This document shows positions 45,372-54,845 of a stretch of DNA of 64,000 bases, piece by piece; position 1 is the stretch's first letter; the number at the start of each line of letters is the position of its first letter. The position numbers and the translations under genes are program-made. The notes below the pieces were generated by a model. The model was not told where the DNA came from. It worked only from the letters and a program-made list of their open reading frames with translations, and did no database searches. The DNA is from a bacterium (GTDB lineage: Bacteria > Patescibacteriota > Minisyncoccia > Sungbacterales > GWA2-42-14), in contig JAUSFV010000006.1 in assembly GCA_030649305.1 (NCBI GenBank), forward strand, positions 32 to 64,031, written 5' to 3'.

Positions 45372-47351
45372 TTATAGGTAATGTCCGACCGAAACTGTCT
45401 CAACTTTCTTATCCTCCCCTTCTCGGGGAAGAATACGAACATTCACGATTCGGCCCTTCTGCTTGCCGATAACACTGGCCCACTCTTGGGGGTTCGTAGT
45501 GTTAGGCAAGTCTTCGTTCTCTTGGTATTCTTTAATCGTCGCGTCACGAAAATCAGAGAATGTCAGCCCCTTCTTGCCTCCCGCAATCAATCGTTTGACC
45601 GCGCTTTTCTTTGCGCGAGTCATAATGGACTCAATGATAGCGCCGGACATAAAATGCCGGAAGTGCATGGTTTCCTGTTTCCCATCCGCATAGGTAAGTT
45701 CGACAAATCTGCTCCATTTTTTAGAATCAGGGGTAAGCCCCCAAATTTCAATCGCGGTCCGCTGAATAAAATATTTTGCCATATCCTCCAAAAGAGGGGT
45801 GCCGTTTGTATCACGACGAATAGGAAACTTCATGATTTTGAGGTCAACATCATTTCGCGCATCATTCGTGGGGTCGCAATCGTAAAACTTACGCGGATGT
45901 CCGTTACGGTCTGCCGGAATATAGTTTCCCTCTGTATCATAGAATTTCGGATTCACATAATCAGAACCAACAAGACAAAATGGAAGTTCCGGCACGCAAT
46001 AAATCTTGAGAATTTCCTGAATGCCGCGAAAATCAGGACGGTCAATTTTAATTTTTACGTCAAATCGTCCGGGCCGCAGAACCGCAGGGTCAATCAAATC
46101 CTGCCGGTTGGATGCACCAATCACGATGACGTTTTTCAAACCCTCAACACCATCAATCTCCGCCAAAAACTGCGGTACGATGGTTGACTCAACGTCCGAA
46201 GAAATTCCCGAACCGCGCGTCCGAAACAAACTGTCCATTTCGTCAAAGAAAATAACGACGGGAGAGCCGTCTCCTGCCTTCTCACGCGCCCGCGTAAAAA
46301 TATCACGAATTTTACGCTCGGTTTCACCAACCCACTTCGTAAGAAGTTCCGGACCTTTGATATTAATAAAGTAACCCCGAACGGATTGTCCCGTTTTTGC
46401 GGCAATCTGTTCGGCCAGAGAATTCGCAACCGCCTTTGCGATAAGTGTTTTACCGCATCCCGGAGGACCATACAACAGTACGCCCTTGGGCGGTGCCAGT
46501 TTGTGTTCCTTGAAATGTTCCGCGTAGAGATAGGGAAGTTCAAGCGCGTCGCGAATTTCTTCAATCTGTGCCCCAAGTCCGCCGATGTGCGCGTAGGTAA
46601 TATCCGGCACCTCCTCCAGGAGGAGGTCTTCGGTATCACTCTTTGGAAGCTTCTCAAGTACGAGACCTGAGCGCGCGTCAAATAACAGATGGTCGCCCTC
46701 TTTCAGAACGACGTCTTTCAAAGAATCCGCAATCTCAACAACCCGCTCCTCATCCTGACGCACTTCAATCTGCACACGCCCATCATTCAGGCGGCTTTTC
46801 ATCGTGACTACTTCGCCCTGCCCGTCAAAGCCAAGCGCCTCAACCACATTGAAGGCCTCATTCAAAATAAGTTCCTGGCCCCTCCGAAGAGACCTGCCGT
46901 CAAGAGAAGGATGCAGATTAACTTTCAACTTTCTACCCGCCGCATAAATAACGGCTGTGCCGTCTTCATTCAACAAAGAAAAAATACCGTAAGAATTAGG
47001 AGGCGCTGAAAGCTTTTCCACTATCTCGCGGAGTTCCACGATCTCTTTTTTCACTTCCTGCAAGATCTCGGTGAGTTTCTGGTTTTGAGCAAAAGCCGTT
47101 ATATTTTGTTCAAGCAACGGCTTTTCCAATCTTGCTAATTCTTGCTCCTGCGCCACAATCTGTTCGCGAATCCGCTCGGCCTTTTCCAAAGTATCGCCCC
47201 GGGCATCCGCGCGTTTATGCAGTCTTCTTAATTCCGCGTGAAGTTCTTGAAGTCGTATATGAATCGCGTGGAGCTTCGCGCCAAACGCGTCAAGCGATTG
47301 ATTGCGCGGATCTTCATTCGGCATACGCCACCTCATTTCGTCTGTCAACAA
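45372..47351 (-). CDS. arc: Proteasome-associated AAA ATPase ARC/Mpa
   Basis: N-terminal coiled coil, OB domains, Walker A GVLLYGPPGCGKTLIAKAVANSLA identical to Mpa; ends …VGHYL, cf. the Mpa C-terminal GQYL docking tail. Probable start at Met 47324 (AGGTGG RBS). Confidence 0.8.
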   Translation of the reverse strand: MLTDEMRWRMPNEDPRNQSLDAFGAKLHAIHIRLQELHAELRRLHKRADARGDTLEKAERIREQIVAQEQELARLEKPLLEQNITAFAQNQKLTEILQEVKKEIVELREIVEKLSAPPNSYGIFSLLNEDGTAVIYAAGRKLKVNLHPSLDGRSLRRGQELILNEAFNVVEALGFDGQGEVVTMKSRLNDGRVQIEVRQDEERVVEIADSLKDVVLKEGDHLLFDARSGLVLEKLPKSDTEDLLLEEVPDITYAHIGGLGAQIEEIRDALELPYLYAEHFKEHKLAPPKGVLLYGPPGCGKTLIAKAVANSLAEQIAAKTGQSVRGYFINIKGPELLTKWVGETERKIRDIFTRAREKAGDGSPVVIFFDEMDSLFRTRGSGISSDVESTIVPQFLAEIDGVEGLKNVIVIGASNRQDLIDPAVLRPGRFDVKIKIDRPDFRGIQEILKIYCVPELPFCLVGSDYVNPKFYDTEGNYIPADRNGHPRKFYDCDPTNDARNDVDLKIMKFPIRRDTNGTPLLEDMAKYFIQRTAIEIWGLTPDSKKWSRFVELTYADGKQETMHFRHFMSGAIIESIMTRAKKSAVKRLIAGGKKGLTFSDFRDATIKEYQENEDLPNTTNPQEWASVIGKQKGRIVNVRILPREGEDKKVETVSVGHYL

Positions 47352-47430
47352 GCTTTTTTTAATGTATCACAGCAAATTCATACGCGCAACTAATTGAAAA
47401 AACGGCTTATTTGTGATATCTTTGGGCAAG

Positions 47431-47502
47431 GCCCCCGTAGCTCAACGGATAGAGCAATCCCGTCCTAAGGGAGAGATGGGAGTTCAATTCTTCCCGGGGG
47501 CA
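47431..47502 (+). tRNA. tRNA-Arg (anticodon CCT)
   Basis: Hand-folded: acceptor GCCCCCG/CGGGGGC, D-arm GCUC-AACGGAU-GAGC, anticodon loop GUCCUAA, T-arm GGGAG-UUCAAUU-CUUCC, discriminator A; CCA not encoded. Confidence 0.7.
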
Positions 47503-47532
47503 TTGATATGCTATAATACTTGTATTCACATC

Positions 47533-48606
47533 ATGGCTACATCTTACGAACAACAAATTATAGATGCCATAAAAAAAGCCCTCCCCGCGGTGGTCAGTAT
47601 TGTGGTAAGTAAAGACCTTGAAGATATTAAGAAGAGTAACCCCTTCGGATATTTTCAGCTTGGCCAGGAAGCTCCCGCAGGAGAAGAAATTCCGGAATCG
47701 GCACTTGATGAGCTCCCGCGCACGAAAGAAGGAAAAATCAAAGTCGGCGGCGGCTCCGGCTTTATTGTTTCACACGACGGACTCATTTTGACAAATAAAC
47801 ACGTCGTAATGGACCCAAGCGCTGAATACAGCATTATTACCGCAACTGATGACCTCTATCCCGCGCGCGTACTCGCGCGCGACCCGATTAATGATGTCGC
47901 AATTCTCAAAATTGAAGCGGAAAAAGAAACCTTGCCCGTCATTCCCATCGGCGACTCAAATACGGTAGAACTTGGACAAAGCGTCATTACCATCGGAACG
48001 GCTCTCGGCGAATTCCAGAATACCGTCTCCACCGGCATTGTATCAGGCCTCTCGCGATTTATCACCGCCGTCACGGATTTGATGGGCCATCAGGAACGCC
48101 TGCGCGGCCTTATTCAAACGGATGCCGCGATTAACCCGGGAAACTCTGGGGGGCCCTTAGTGAATTTAAAGGGTGAGGCCATTGGCATTAATTCGGCTGT
48201 GGTATTTGGCGCGCAAAACATCGGCTTTGCCATTCCCATCAATAAAGTAAAAGAAGACCTTGATGCCTTTCGTAAATTCGGAAAAATCTCAAAACCCTTT
48301 CTTGGCATCCGCTATCTTTTGATCAACAAGGCCATCCAGAAAAAATTCAACCTGCCCGTTGATGCAGGCGCCATGATCCTGCGCGAGCACGGACCGGATT
48401 CGCACGGCATCGTTCCGGGAAGCCCCGCCGAAAAAGCTGGCCTCAAGGACTACGATATTATCCTCGCGTGCAACGGCAAGCTCCTCTCAGAAAAAACGAC
48501 CCTGGAAGATATCCTGGATTCGGTTGCCATCGGCGACACGGCTTCGCTCACCATCCTCCGAAACGGAAAGGAGGCTGAATTAAAAATGATGGTAGGAGAG
48601 CGGTAA
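47533..48606 (+). CDS. HtrA/DegP-family serine protease with a PDZ domain
   Basis: …GSGFIVSHDGLILTNKHVV… …GNSGGPLVNLKGEAIGINS… catalytic triad context plus a C-terminal PDZ. Confidence 0.8.
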   Translation: MATSYEQQIIDAIKKALPAVVSIVVSKDLEDIKKSNPFGYFQLGQEAPAGEEIPESALDELPRTKEGKIKVGGGSGFIVSHDGLILTNKHVVMDPSAEYSIITATDDLYPARVLARDPINDVAILKIEAEKETLPVIPIGDSNTVELGQSVITIGTALGEFQNTVSTGIVSGLSRFITAVTDLMGHQERLRGLIQTDAAINPGNSGGPLVNLKGEAIGINSAVVFGAQNIGFAIPINKVKEDLDAFRKFGKISKPFLGIRYLLINKAIQKKFNLPVDAGAMILREHGPDSHGIVPGSPAEKAGLKDYDIILACNGKLLSEKTTLEDILDSVAIGDTASLTILRNGKEAELKMMVGER

Positions 48607-48647
48607 TACCACGCAAGGCGCAAAGCGCTTATCGCAAAGCGCCGACG

Positions 48648-49058
48648 ATGCGCGCTTCGCGATTTGCAATTTGCTACATTATGTTTTTTTTATTATATCT
48701 CCGCTGGCACTACACGGCGGGCCTCCGCACTGCCGCTTTCAACGCCCTCGCCTATCCGATGGCGTTTTTAGAATATTTTTCAGTACCGCATCTTTCACGA
48801 ACCCTCTTTTCCACGTGGCACCACGACCTCATGAGCTATGGCCGAGGGTTTGACCCGGCGGATTTTTTGTGGGTGCTTGCCGGAAACATTCTCTCGCGCA
48901 TTATTGGTTCAATCGTTCGCGTCATTACCATCGCCATCGGAATTTTCGTAAGCGCCGCCGCGTTTTTCGCGCGGGCGCTTTTTCTTTTTCTTTGGATTTT
49001 CCTTCCCGTGCTTATCCCCTTCTTTTTTCTGCGAGGCCTCTTACTTCTATTCTTTTAG
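48648..49058 (+). CDS. Hypothetical membrane protein
   Basis: 136 aa with hydrophobic C-terminal helices. Confidence 0.35.
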   Translation: MRASRFAICYIMFFLLYLRWHYTAGLRTAAFNALAYPMAFLEYFSVPHLSRTLFSTWHHDLMSYGRGFDPADFLWVLAGNILSRIIGSIVRVITIAIGIFVSAAAFFARALFLFLWIFLPVLIPFFFLRGLLLLFF

Positions 49059-49064
49059 ATCACC

Positions 49065-51479
49065 ATGCGCTTTTCTTCCTCACAATTTTCCGCAGCGGTC
49101 CTGCTTGATCGCGCCCTCCCCGAATCCCTCCTCCGCACCCTCAAAATCTTTTCGGGGATTTTTGCGCTAGGAGCGCTTGCCGTGGATATCCAAATGGGCG
49201 CGCAAAATGTCGCGCTCGGCATTTTCCTTGTTAGCGCAAGCTTCTTTTTTACCTTTTCCCTTCTTTCCCAATTCGTCCAAAGCCAAAAATCAAATCTCCC
49301 CCGCATTCTTCCGCTGTCCCTCGGAAGTGCGGAGGAAGAAACAAAACGAATCACGCTCTGGCGCAACTATTGTGATTTTGAAAGTACAGCCATCGTCTCT
49401 CGCGCGTCCGCGCTTTCAGTTTCATCACTCGGGCTTCAGCTTCTGAAAAGCCATTTTGGCCGCTTTTTTCTTGAACGAACCGGCATACAAAAAGAGGCAT
49501 TTCTTACCGCACTTTCGGATACTTCTTCACTTGATGAAAGCCGGTTTGCCGAAGCCCTGCTTCGCGAAGCCATTCACGCGGGGCATCCAGCGATACGCCC
49601 CTCCGACATCCTTACGGTTCTCACCCGCGCGTCGGATCCGTTGAAAAAGCTTATGTCCGGCGCAAACCTTCAGGAAAAAGATTATCCGGCGCTTGCGCAA
49701 TGGTATGAAATCGGAAAAGAACATACTCGCCGCCGCTCGTTTCTCGAAACGCTTATTGCCGCACCGGGCATCGGAAAGACATGGGCATTCTCCTATACCC
49801 CGCTTCTTGACCAATTTTCCAAAGAACTAAACGTAGCGGCGGGGAAAGAATACCTCCATATTGCCGCGCATAAAAAAGAAATAACATTTCTTGAAGAAGC
49901 GCTCTCAAAATCGGAGAACGCGAATGCCATTCTCGTGGGAGAACCGGGTGTCGGGAAAACAACCATCATCAAAGGACTTGGAAAGCGAATTCGAGAAGGA
50001 CGAAGTGCCGCGGCACTCAACTATAAACGCTTGGTACTCATTGACATGAATGCGGTGATTTCGGAAAAAAATTTCGGCGACCTTGCGGGGATTCTCACGG
50101 CAATCCTACGGCAGGCCGAAAGTGCAGGAAACGTCATTCTCGCGATAGACAACATAGAACAATATCTTATTCCGGGGTCCCCCGTAAATGTGTCCGAAAT
50201 TCTCTTGCCATTCTTAAAATCATCCCGCATCAACATCATCGGAACGGCAACGCGGGGGGGCTATGAAAAATCAATAGCGCAAAATTCCCTCATGCGCTCT
50301 CTTTTTGAAGTCGTTTCCGTTGAAGAACCCGGCAAAGAAATGATGATTACGATTCTCGGGGACATTTCTCTCCATCACGAAAAACAATACGGAGTGCGCG
50401 TGCGATATCAAGCGCTCAAAAAAATCTATGAATACGCCGCGTCCTTCTCCTCAGATATTCCCTTTCCCGAAGCCGGACTTGAGGCGCTTGAAGAAATATT
50501 TGTTGCATCCGCAAAAAGGGGGGGCTCTATCGGAGAAGAAGAAGTATCCTCGATCTTTAGTGAAAAAAGAAAAGCCCCGATTGGGGTACCCGAAGAAAAA
50601 GAAAAGGTGATGCTACTTTCTTTAGAAACGGAGCTTGGAAAACACATTGTTGACCAGCGCGGAGCGCTTCTGGCTCTTGCGAACGCCTTACGCCGCGCGC
50701 GGGCCGGAGTCGTATCGCGCAACAAACCCCTTGGCACGTTTCTTTTTCTCGGCCCCACGGGAGTCGGAAAAACCGAGACCGCAAAAGCGCTTGCTCGACA
50801 TTACTTCGGAGGGGAGAACGCCATGGTACGCTTTGATATGTCCGAATATCAAAATCCGGAAGATACGGCGCGCCTCATTGGGTCGGAACAGGGGGGTATT
50901 GCGGGCGCCCTTTCCTCCGCAGCGCACGAACATCCGTTTTCTTTGATGCTCTTTGATGAAATTGAAAAAGCACATCCGAATATCCTGAATCTCTTTTTGC
51001 AAATTCTTGATGAGGGGCGCCTCACGGATGCGTTTGGAAAAACCGCGTCTTTCAAAAACGCAATTCTCATCGCGACCTCAAACGCGGGTGCCGAATTTAT
51101 CCGGCAGGAACTTTCGCATGGAAGAAATAACTATGAATCACTCCAAAAAGACCTTGTTGATTTCGTGCTCCGCGAAGGCATATTCAAACCGGAATTCCTG
51201 AACCGCTTTGACGGCGTTATTGTATTCAAGCCACTCTCGCCGGAAGAGGTCAAAGAAGTCGCGCGCCTCATGCTTGGAGCCCTTGGAGAGCGCCTGAACG
51301 AACAGGGATACGAACATGAAATAACCGAGGAAACGCTTAGAACTGTTGCCGCAAAAGGATATAACGAAACGTTTGGTGCCCGCGAATTGCGGCGCGTCAT
51401 CCAGGACGATGTGGAATCACGCATCGCGCGGGAAATTCTGGAGGAAAAATATCAGAAAGGAGACACGATACAAATATAA
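49065..51479 (+). CDS. Clp/Hsp100-family AAA+ ATPase (two nucleotide-binding domains) with an N-terminal hydrophobic segment
   Basis: ILVGEPGVGKTTIIKGL (D1 Walker A) and FLFLGPTGVGKTETAKALA (D2 Walker A) plus a ClpB_D2-small-like C-terminus. Confidence 0.75.
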   Translation: MRFSSSQFSAAVLLDRALPESLLRTLKIFSGIFALGALAVDIQMGAQNVALGIFLVSASFFFTFSLLSQFVQSQKSNLPRILPLSLGSAEEETKRITLWRNYCDFESTAIVSRASALSVSSLGLQLLKSHFGRFFLERTGIQKEAFLTALSDTSSLDESRFAEALLREAIHAGHPAIRPSDILTVLTRASDPLKKLMSGANLQEKDYPALAQWYEIGKEHTRRRSFLETLIAAPGIGKTWAFSYTPLLDQFSKELNVAAGKEYLHIAAHKKEITFLEEALSKSENANAILVGEPGVGKTTIIKGLGKRIREGRSAAALNYKRLVLIDMNAVISEKNFGDLAGILTAILRQAESAGNVILAIDNIEQYLIPGSPVNVSEILLPFLKSSRINIIGTATRGGYEKSIAQNSLMRSLFEVVSVEEPGKEMMITILGDISLHHEKQYGVRVRYQALKKIYEYAASFSSDIPFPEAGLEALEEIFVASAKRGGSIGEEEVSSIFSEKRKAPIGVPEEKEKVMLLSLETELGKHIVDQRGALLALANALRRARAGVVSRNKPLGTFLFLGPTGVGKTETAKALARHYFGGENAMVRFDMSEYQNPEDTARLIGSEQGGIAGALSSAAHEHPFSLMLFDEIEKAHPNILNLFLQILDEGRLTDAFGKTASFKNAILIATSNAGAEFIRQELSHGRNNYESLQKDLVDFVLREGIFKPEFLNRFDGVIVFKPLSPEEVKEVARLMLGALGERLNEQGYEHEITEETLRTVAAKGYNETFGARELRRVIQDDVESRIAREILEEKYQKGDTIQI

Positions 51480-51491
51480 TTTAAAATTTCT

Positions 51492-51528
51492 AAAAAGCTG
51501 CTCCGACTTAAATCGGAGCAGTTTTTTA
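51492..51528 (+). terminator. Intrinsic terminator after the clp-like gene
   Basis: CUGCUCCGA-CUUAAA-UCGGAGCAG followed by U6. Confidence 0.7.
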
Positions 51529-51542
51529 TCTACAGTTTATAT

Positions 51543-51571
51543 TTGACATCAAGTTGTCCTATTGCTATATT
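51543..51571 (+). promoter_or_regulatory. Sigma70-like promoter TTGACA-N17-TATATT
   Basis: Consensus -35 with 17-nt spacer, upstream of the gene at 51608. Confidence 0.5.
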
Positions 51572-51607
51572 AAAATGAGTTCTTCAAACTCTTCGGAGGA
51601 GAAAAAG

Positions 51608-51988
51608 ATGGTCGAAATGAAACGACTGATTTTTGGAGAAGGGCTTATGTCTCCTTCTCTCGACGGAAGTAAACGGTTTACGATTCGAAAATACCGCGAA
51701 GGTTCGCATGATTTCACGAAAGGAGAAATTATCAAAGGCGAATTCAAAGACGGATTAACCATTCTTCTCCAAATTACTGAGGACACCAAAAAAGGCACAT
51801 TCAATGATTTAAAGAAACAAAAACGAGATCTGAATAAGAACGGCTATTATTTTGACAAGCAGTACTTTGATGATTTAGCCGCATGGTACCCGGACCTCAC
51901 CTGGGATGATGTAGGCGCGATCGTTTTCTTTGAAATCTTAAAAGTGAACGGCGTTTCTGTCGTAAGCATCAATGAACACACAAAGTAG
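51608..51988 (+). CDS. Hypothetical protein, possibly ASCH/PUA-like
   Basis: GGAGGAG RBS before ATG 51608; …GSKRFTIRKYREG… motif. Confidence 0.35.
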   Translation: MVEMKRLIFGEGLMSPSLDGSKRFTIRKYREGSHDFTKGEIIKGEFKDGLTILLQITEDTKKGTFNDLKKQKRDLNKNGYYFDKQYFDDLAAWYPDLTWDDVGAIVFFEILKVNGVSVVSINEHTK

Positions 51989-52086
51989 AACCCGACAATG
52001 TCGGGCTTTTTTTATAAAACAAAAAAACTCCCATACGGGAAGCTTTGCATCTTACAAATAGAAATGGATAGCTAACCTCCAGTTTA

Positions 52087-52476
52087 TTAGGATATACCAA
52101 GCAATTTTTTTATCTCTGTCACAATCTCGCCCGGCAACGTATTTGCCTTGATGAAATACCGCGCGACTTTAAGGCGCTCGGCATCCTCGGTGTGGTGGGG
52201 ATCGGAAAGATTGGAAAGAATAATTACAATGGTATCCTTTCCCTCGGGAAGCGCCCGGACATCCCCGACGAACTCAATCCCGTTTTTCACAGGCATCAAA
52301 ATATCCACGAGAAGCAGGGCGGGGTGTTCTTTCTTGAATACCGCAAGCGCCTCCTCTCCGTTTTTTGCAACAAAAAGTTCCGCAAATCCCTCTTTTATGA
52401 TTGCGTCAGACAGGAGCTGAATCATAAAATCATCATCTTCGGCAAGGAGTATTTTGTATTTTGTTGATTCTGCCAT
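52087..52476 (-). CDS. Single-domain response regulator (CheY-like receiver)
   Basis: KILLAEDDDFMIQLL…LLLVDILMP…: receiver-domain Asp pocket. Confidence 0.75.
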   Translation of the reverse strand: MAESTKYKILLAEDDDFMIQLLSDAIIKEGFAELFVAKNGEEALAVFKKEHPALLLVDILMPVKNGIEFVGDVRALPEGKDTIVIILSNLSDPHHTEDAERLKVARYFIKANTLPGEIVTEIKKLLGIS

Positions 52477-52534
52477 GGTTGTAGTATATCACATAGTATT
52501 ATTTAAAAAAGCAGGGTGTGTATAAAACAGATGA

Positions 52535-52640
52535 TGCCAATTTACAAATCTCATGCCAATAATGCGAATTGCAAATCGTAACCGGTATTCGCAATTTGTA
52601 GATTTGCATACTATTCGCATCACATTGGCATCATACTTGG
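52535..52640. promoter_or_regulatory. Cluster of ATGC(C/G/A)AAT / ATT(G/C/T)GCAT octamer motifs between ftsA and the response-regulator gene
   Basis: ATGCCAAT x2, ATGCGAAT, TTGCAAAT, ATTCGCAAT, ATTTGCAT, ATTCGCAT, ATTGGCAT and TTGGCGAAT within ~100 bp. Confidence 0.5.
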
Positions 52641-52652
52641 CGAATTACTTTC

Positions 52653-53888
52653 TCACGGCAAAAAATACGACAACCAATTCTTCACCCCTGATACCACCCT
52701 CCCGAGCGATGTCGTATAAAAATACGGGTCTTTGCCGGAGGAACGATTCAGGTGCCATGCAACAAGACCAAGTGCCACCGGAATCTCCGACAAAAAATCA
52801 TGCGCCTCACCCGCTCCCTCAAGAAAATCGGATTGCGAACCAATTTCAACCGGAAGCCGGAGTTCGCGCTTTGCCAACTCCACAATCCCCGGAATCCGTG
52901 ATGCCCCGCCGATCAGCACCACCCCCGCGGGAAGCAACCCCATACGATCCACGCGCTTCAGCTCCTTCATGCCGAGTTCAAAAATATCCCGAAAGCGCGC
53001 TTCAATAATTTCAGCCAAATTCCGCTGGGGGAAAAGTGCCGGGTCATCAGGAATAAATTCGGCAAGTTTGATAACTTCGCGCTTGGAAAATACCTCGGGC
53101 AGAGAGTGGCCGAAACGAAGCTTAATGGCTTCTGCCGTGCTCACAGCCGTTTTTAAACCAATCGCGATATCGTTCGTAATGTGATTTCCCCCGACAGGAA
53201 ATACTCCGGCACTCAAAAGGCGCCCCTCTTCATACACGGCAAAATCCGACGTACCCGCGCCGATATCAAGCAACATCACCCCGAGTTCTTTCTGCCGTTT
53301 TGAAAGCGCTGCCTCTGATGCGGCAAGCGGAGAAAATACCACGTCCTCAACGGTAACACCTGAGGACTCAATACATTTAAGCAAACTTGCAACGGCAGAA
53401 CGCAGGCCGTCAATAATGAGCGCGTCCGCCTCAAGACGAATACCCACCATCCCGACGGGATCCTTAATGCCGCCCTCGTTATCAATCCGAAATTCTTTCG
53501 GAATAATGTGAACGATGTCGCGATTCGGATTTTTCGGAGCCAAATTTTCTGCGGCAGTAAGAACGCGCTTCACGTCATCGTCAGAAATTTCGCCGTCAGC
53601 CCTTCCCACCGCGACAACTCCGCGCGACGTAAAAGAACCCATATGCGTCCCGCCGATACTCGCGATACACGAACGAATCTTCACGTTTGAGGAGCGCTCC
53701 GCCTCTTTCAAGGATTTTTTTACAGCGGAGGAAACCTCGTCAATGTCAGCCACCGCACCCCTTCGCATGCCAAAAGCAGGTACACGGCCGAGCCCGAGTA
53801 CCCTGATTTTTTCTTTCCCCGTCCGCTCGCATACCAACGTCGTGACACTATTCGTTCCGATATCAATTGCGGTTATTATGCTTCGCAT
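52653..53888 (-). CDS. ftsA: Cell division protein FtsA
   Basis: ITAIDIGTNSVTTLV… actin-fold N-terminus with FtsA architecture; start at ATG 53888. Confidence 0.8.
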   Translation of the reverse strand: MRSIITAIDIGTNSVTTLVCERTGKEKIRVLGLGRVPAFGMRRGAVADIDEVSSAVKKSLKEAERSSNVKIRSCIASIGGTHMGSFTSRGVVAVGRADGEISDDDVKRVLTAAENLAPKNPNRDIVHIIPKEFRIDNEGGIKDPVGMVGIRLEADALIIDGLRSAVASLLKCIESSGVTVEDVVFSPLAASEAALSKRQKELGVMLLDIGAGTSDFAVYEEGRLLSAGVFPVGGNHITNDIAIGLKTAVSTAEAIKLRFGHSLPEVFSKREVIKLAEFIPDDPALFPQRNLAEIIEARFRDIFELGMKELKRVDRMGLLPAGVVLIGGASRIPGIVELAKRELRLPVEIGSQSDFLEGAGEAHDFLSEIPVALGLVAWHLNRSSGKDPYFYTTSLGRVVSGVKNWLSYFLP

Positions 53889-53982
53889 AATACTCGACAC
53901 CAATACACAAATCGCTCACGAATGTCACGAATACGATTTTTCATTAGTGTCATTCGTGCCCATTCGTGTGTTTGTGTCGGGC
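53886..53982. repeat. ~95-bp element R1 (CAUACUCGACACCAAUACACAAA…CACGAAUGUCACGAAUA…GUCAUUCGUGCCCAUUCGUG…), between ybeY and ftsA
   Basis: ~90% identical to R2 at 55332-55425; begins at the ftsA start codon and contains a bipartite hairpin of CACGAAU/AUUCGUG repeats. Confidence 0.7.
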
Positions 53983-54360
53983 TTACCAAAATATTTTTGC
54001 AAGAATTCGCCCTTCCAGCTTCTCAAACTTCTTCGCTGCCGCACCCCCCCCTTCATGATGTATCCCACCTAAGTGCATCATACCATGCACCGCCATCCAT
54101 GTCATCTGATATTTGTACGTATTTCCTTGCGCTTTTGCCTCTTTTTTTATAACGTCCGGACACACCAAAATCTCGCCGTATTCGGAGCCGTAACGGAATG
54201 ATAATACATTCGTTGGTTTGTTTTTTTTGCGGTAACGGCGATTTAATTCCTGCGATGTTTTCTTGCTAATTTCAATAAAAGCTACCTTTCGTGGTAGCTT
54301 TTTTTTAAGGTATTTCGGAAACAGCTTGACAAGTTTTTTTACAACAGATAAGCTATCCAT
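53983..54360 (-). CDS. ybeY: Endoribonuclease YbeY
   Basis: …MTWMAVHGMMHLGGIHHE… HxxxHxxGxxH zinc motif. Start at internal Met 54360; the longer track ORF is unlikely. Confidence 0.75.
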   Translation of the reverse strand: MDSLSVVKKLVKLFPKYLKKKLPRKVAFIEISKKTSQELNRRYRKKNKPTNVLSFRYGSEYGEILVCPDVIKKEAKAQGNTYKYQMTWMAVHGMMHLGGIHHEGGGAAAKKFEKLEGRILAKIFW

Positions 54361-54389
54361 AGCACACTCAAAATAAAATAGGAGAAGTA

Positions 54390-54590
54390 ATGAAAAGTGC
54401 GCGACACACCTTGCTCGAAATGCTAGATGAGAACGGCGGGAAAATGAACTTAAAGGAAATTGAAAAAAGGATGCGAGCTGCAAAATGTGTAGGAAATGGC
54501 GTAGAACCAATAGACGTCGTTCACGCTGCCGGCAGAGACGGTCAGTTAATTTATGACCCAAAAACACAAACCGCCACTCTTATTTATTGA
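54390..54590 (+). CDS. Hypothetical small protein, 66 aa
   Basis: AGGAGAAG RBS, followed by an intrinsic terminator (CCGCAUUUUU…AAAAAUGCGG plus U6). Confidence 0.4.
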   Translation: MKSARHTLLEMLDENGGKMNLKEIEKRMRAAKCVGNGVEPIDVVHAAGRDGQLIYDPKTQTATLIY

Positions 54591-54845
54591 AAACTAATGT
54601 TTTTATCCACCGCATTTTTAACAAAAAAAATGCGGCTTTTTTATTTCCCCAAAACTTTTTTCACCATACTCCCCCCCCAAAAAAAACGGGGGGAAGAAAA
54701 GAAATCCTTTTGGCGGAGCTCTCGCAGGCAGAAAAAGCTTGGTTTTTTGTGAAACAAAAATTTTTCTGCCGAGAGGCAGTGGTGCTCGCCCGCAGGAGGC
54801 GGGCAACCACGATCCGACAAAAAGATTTCTTTTCTATACCAAACT

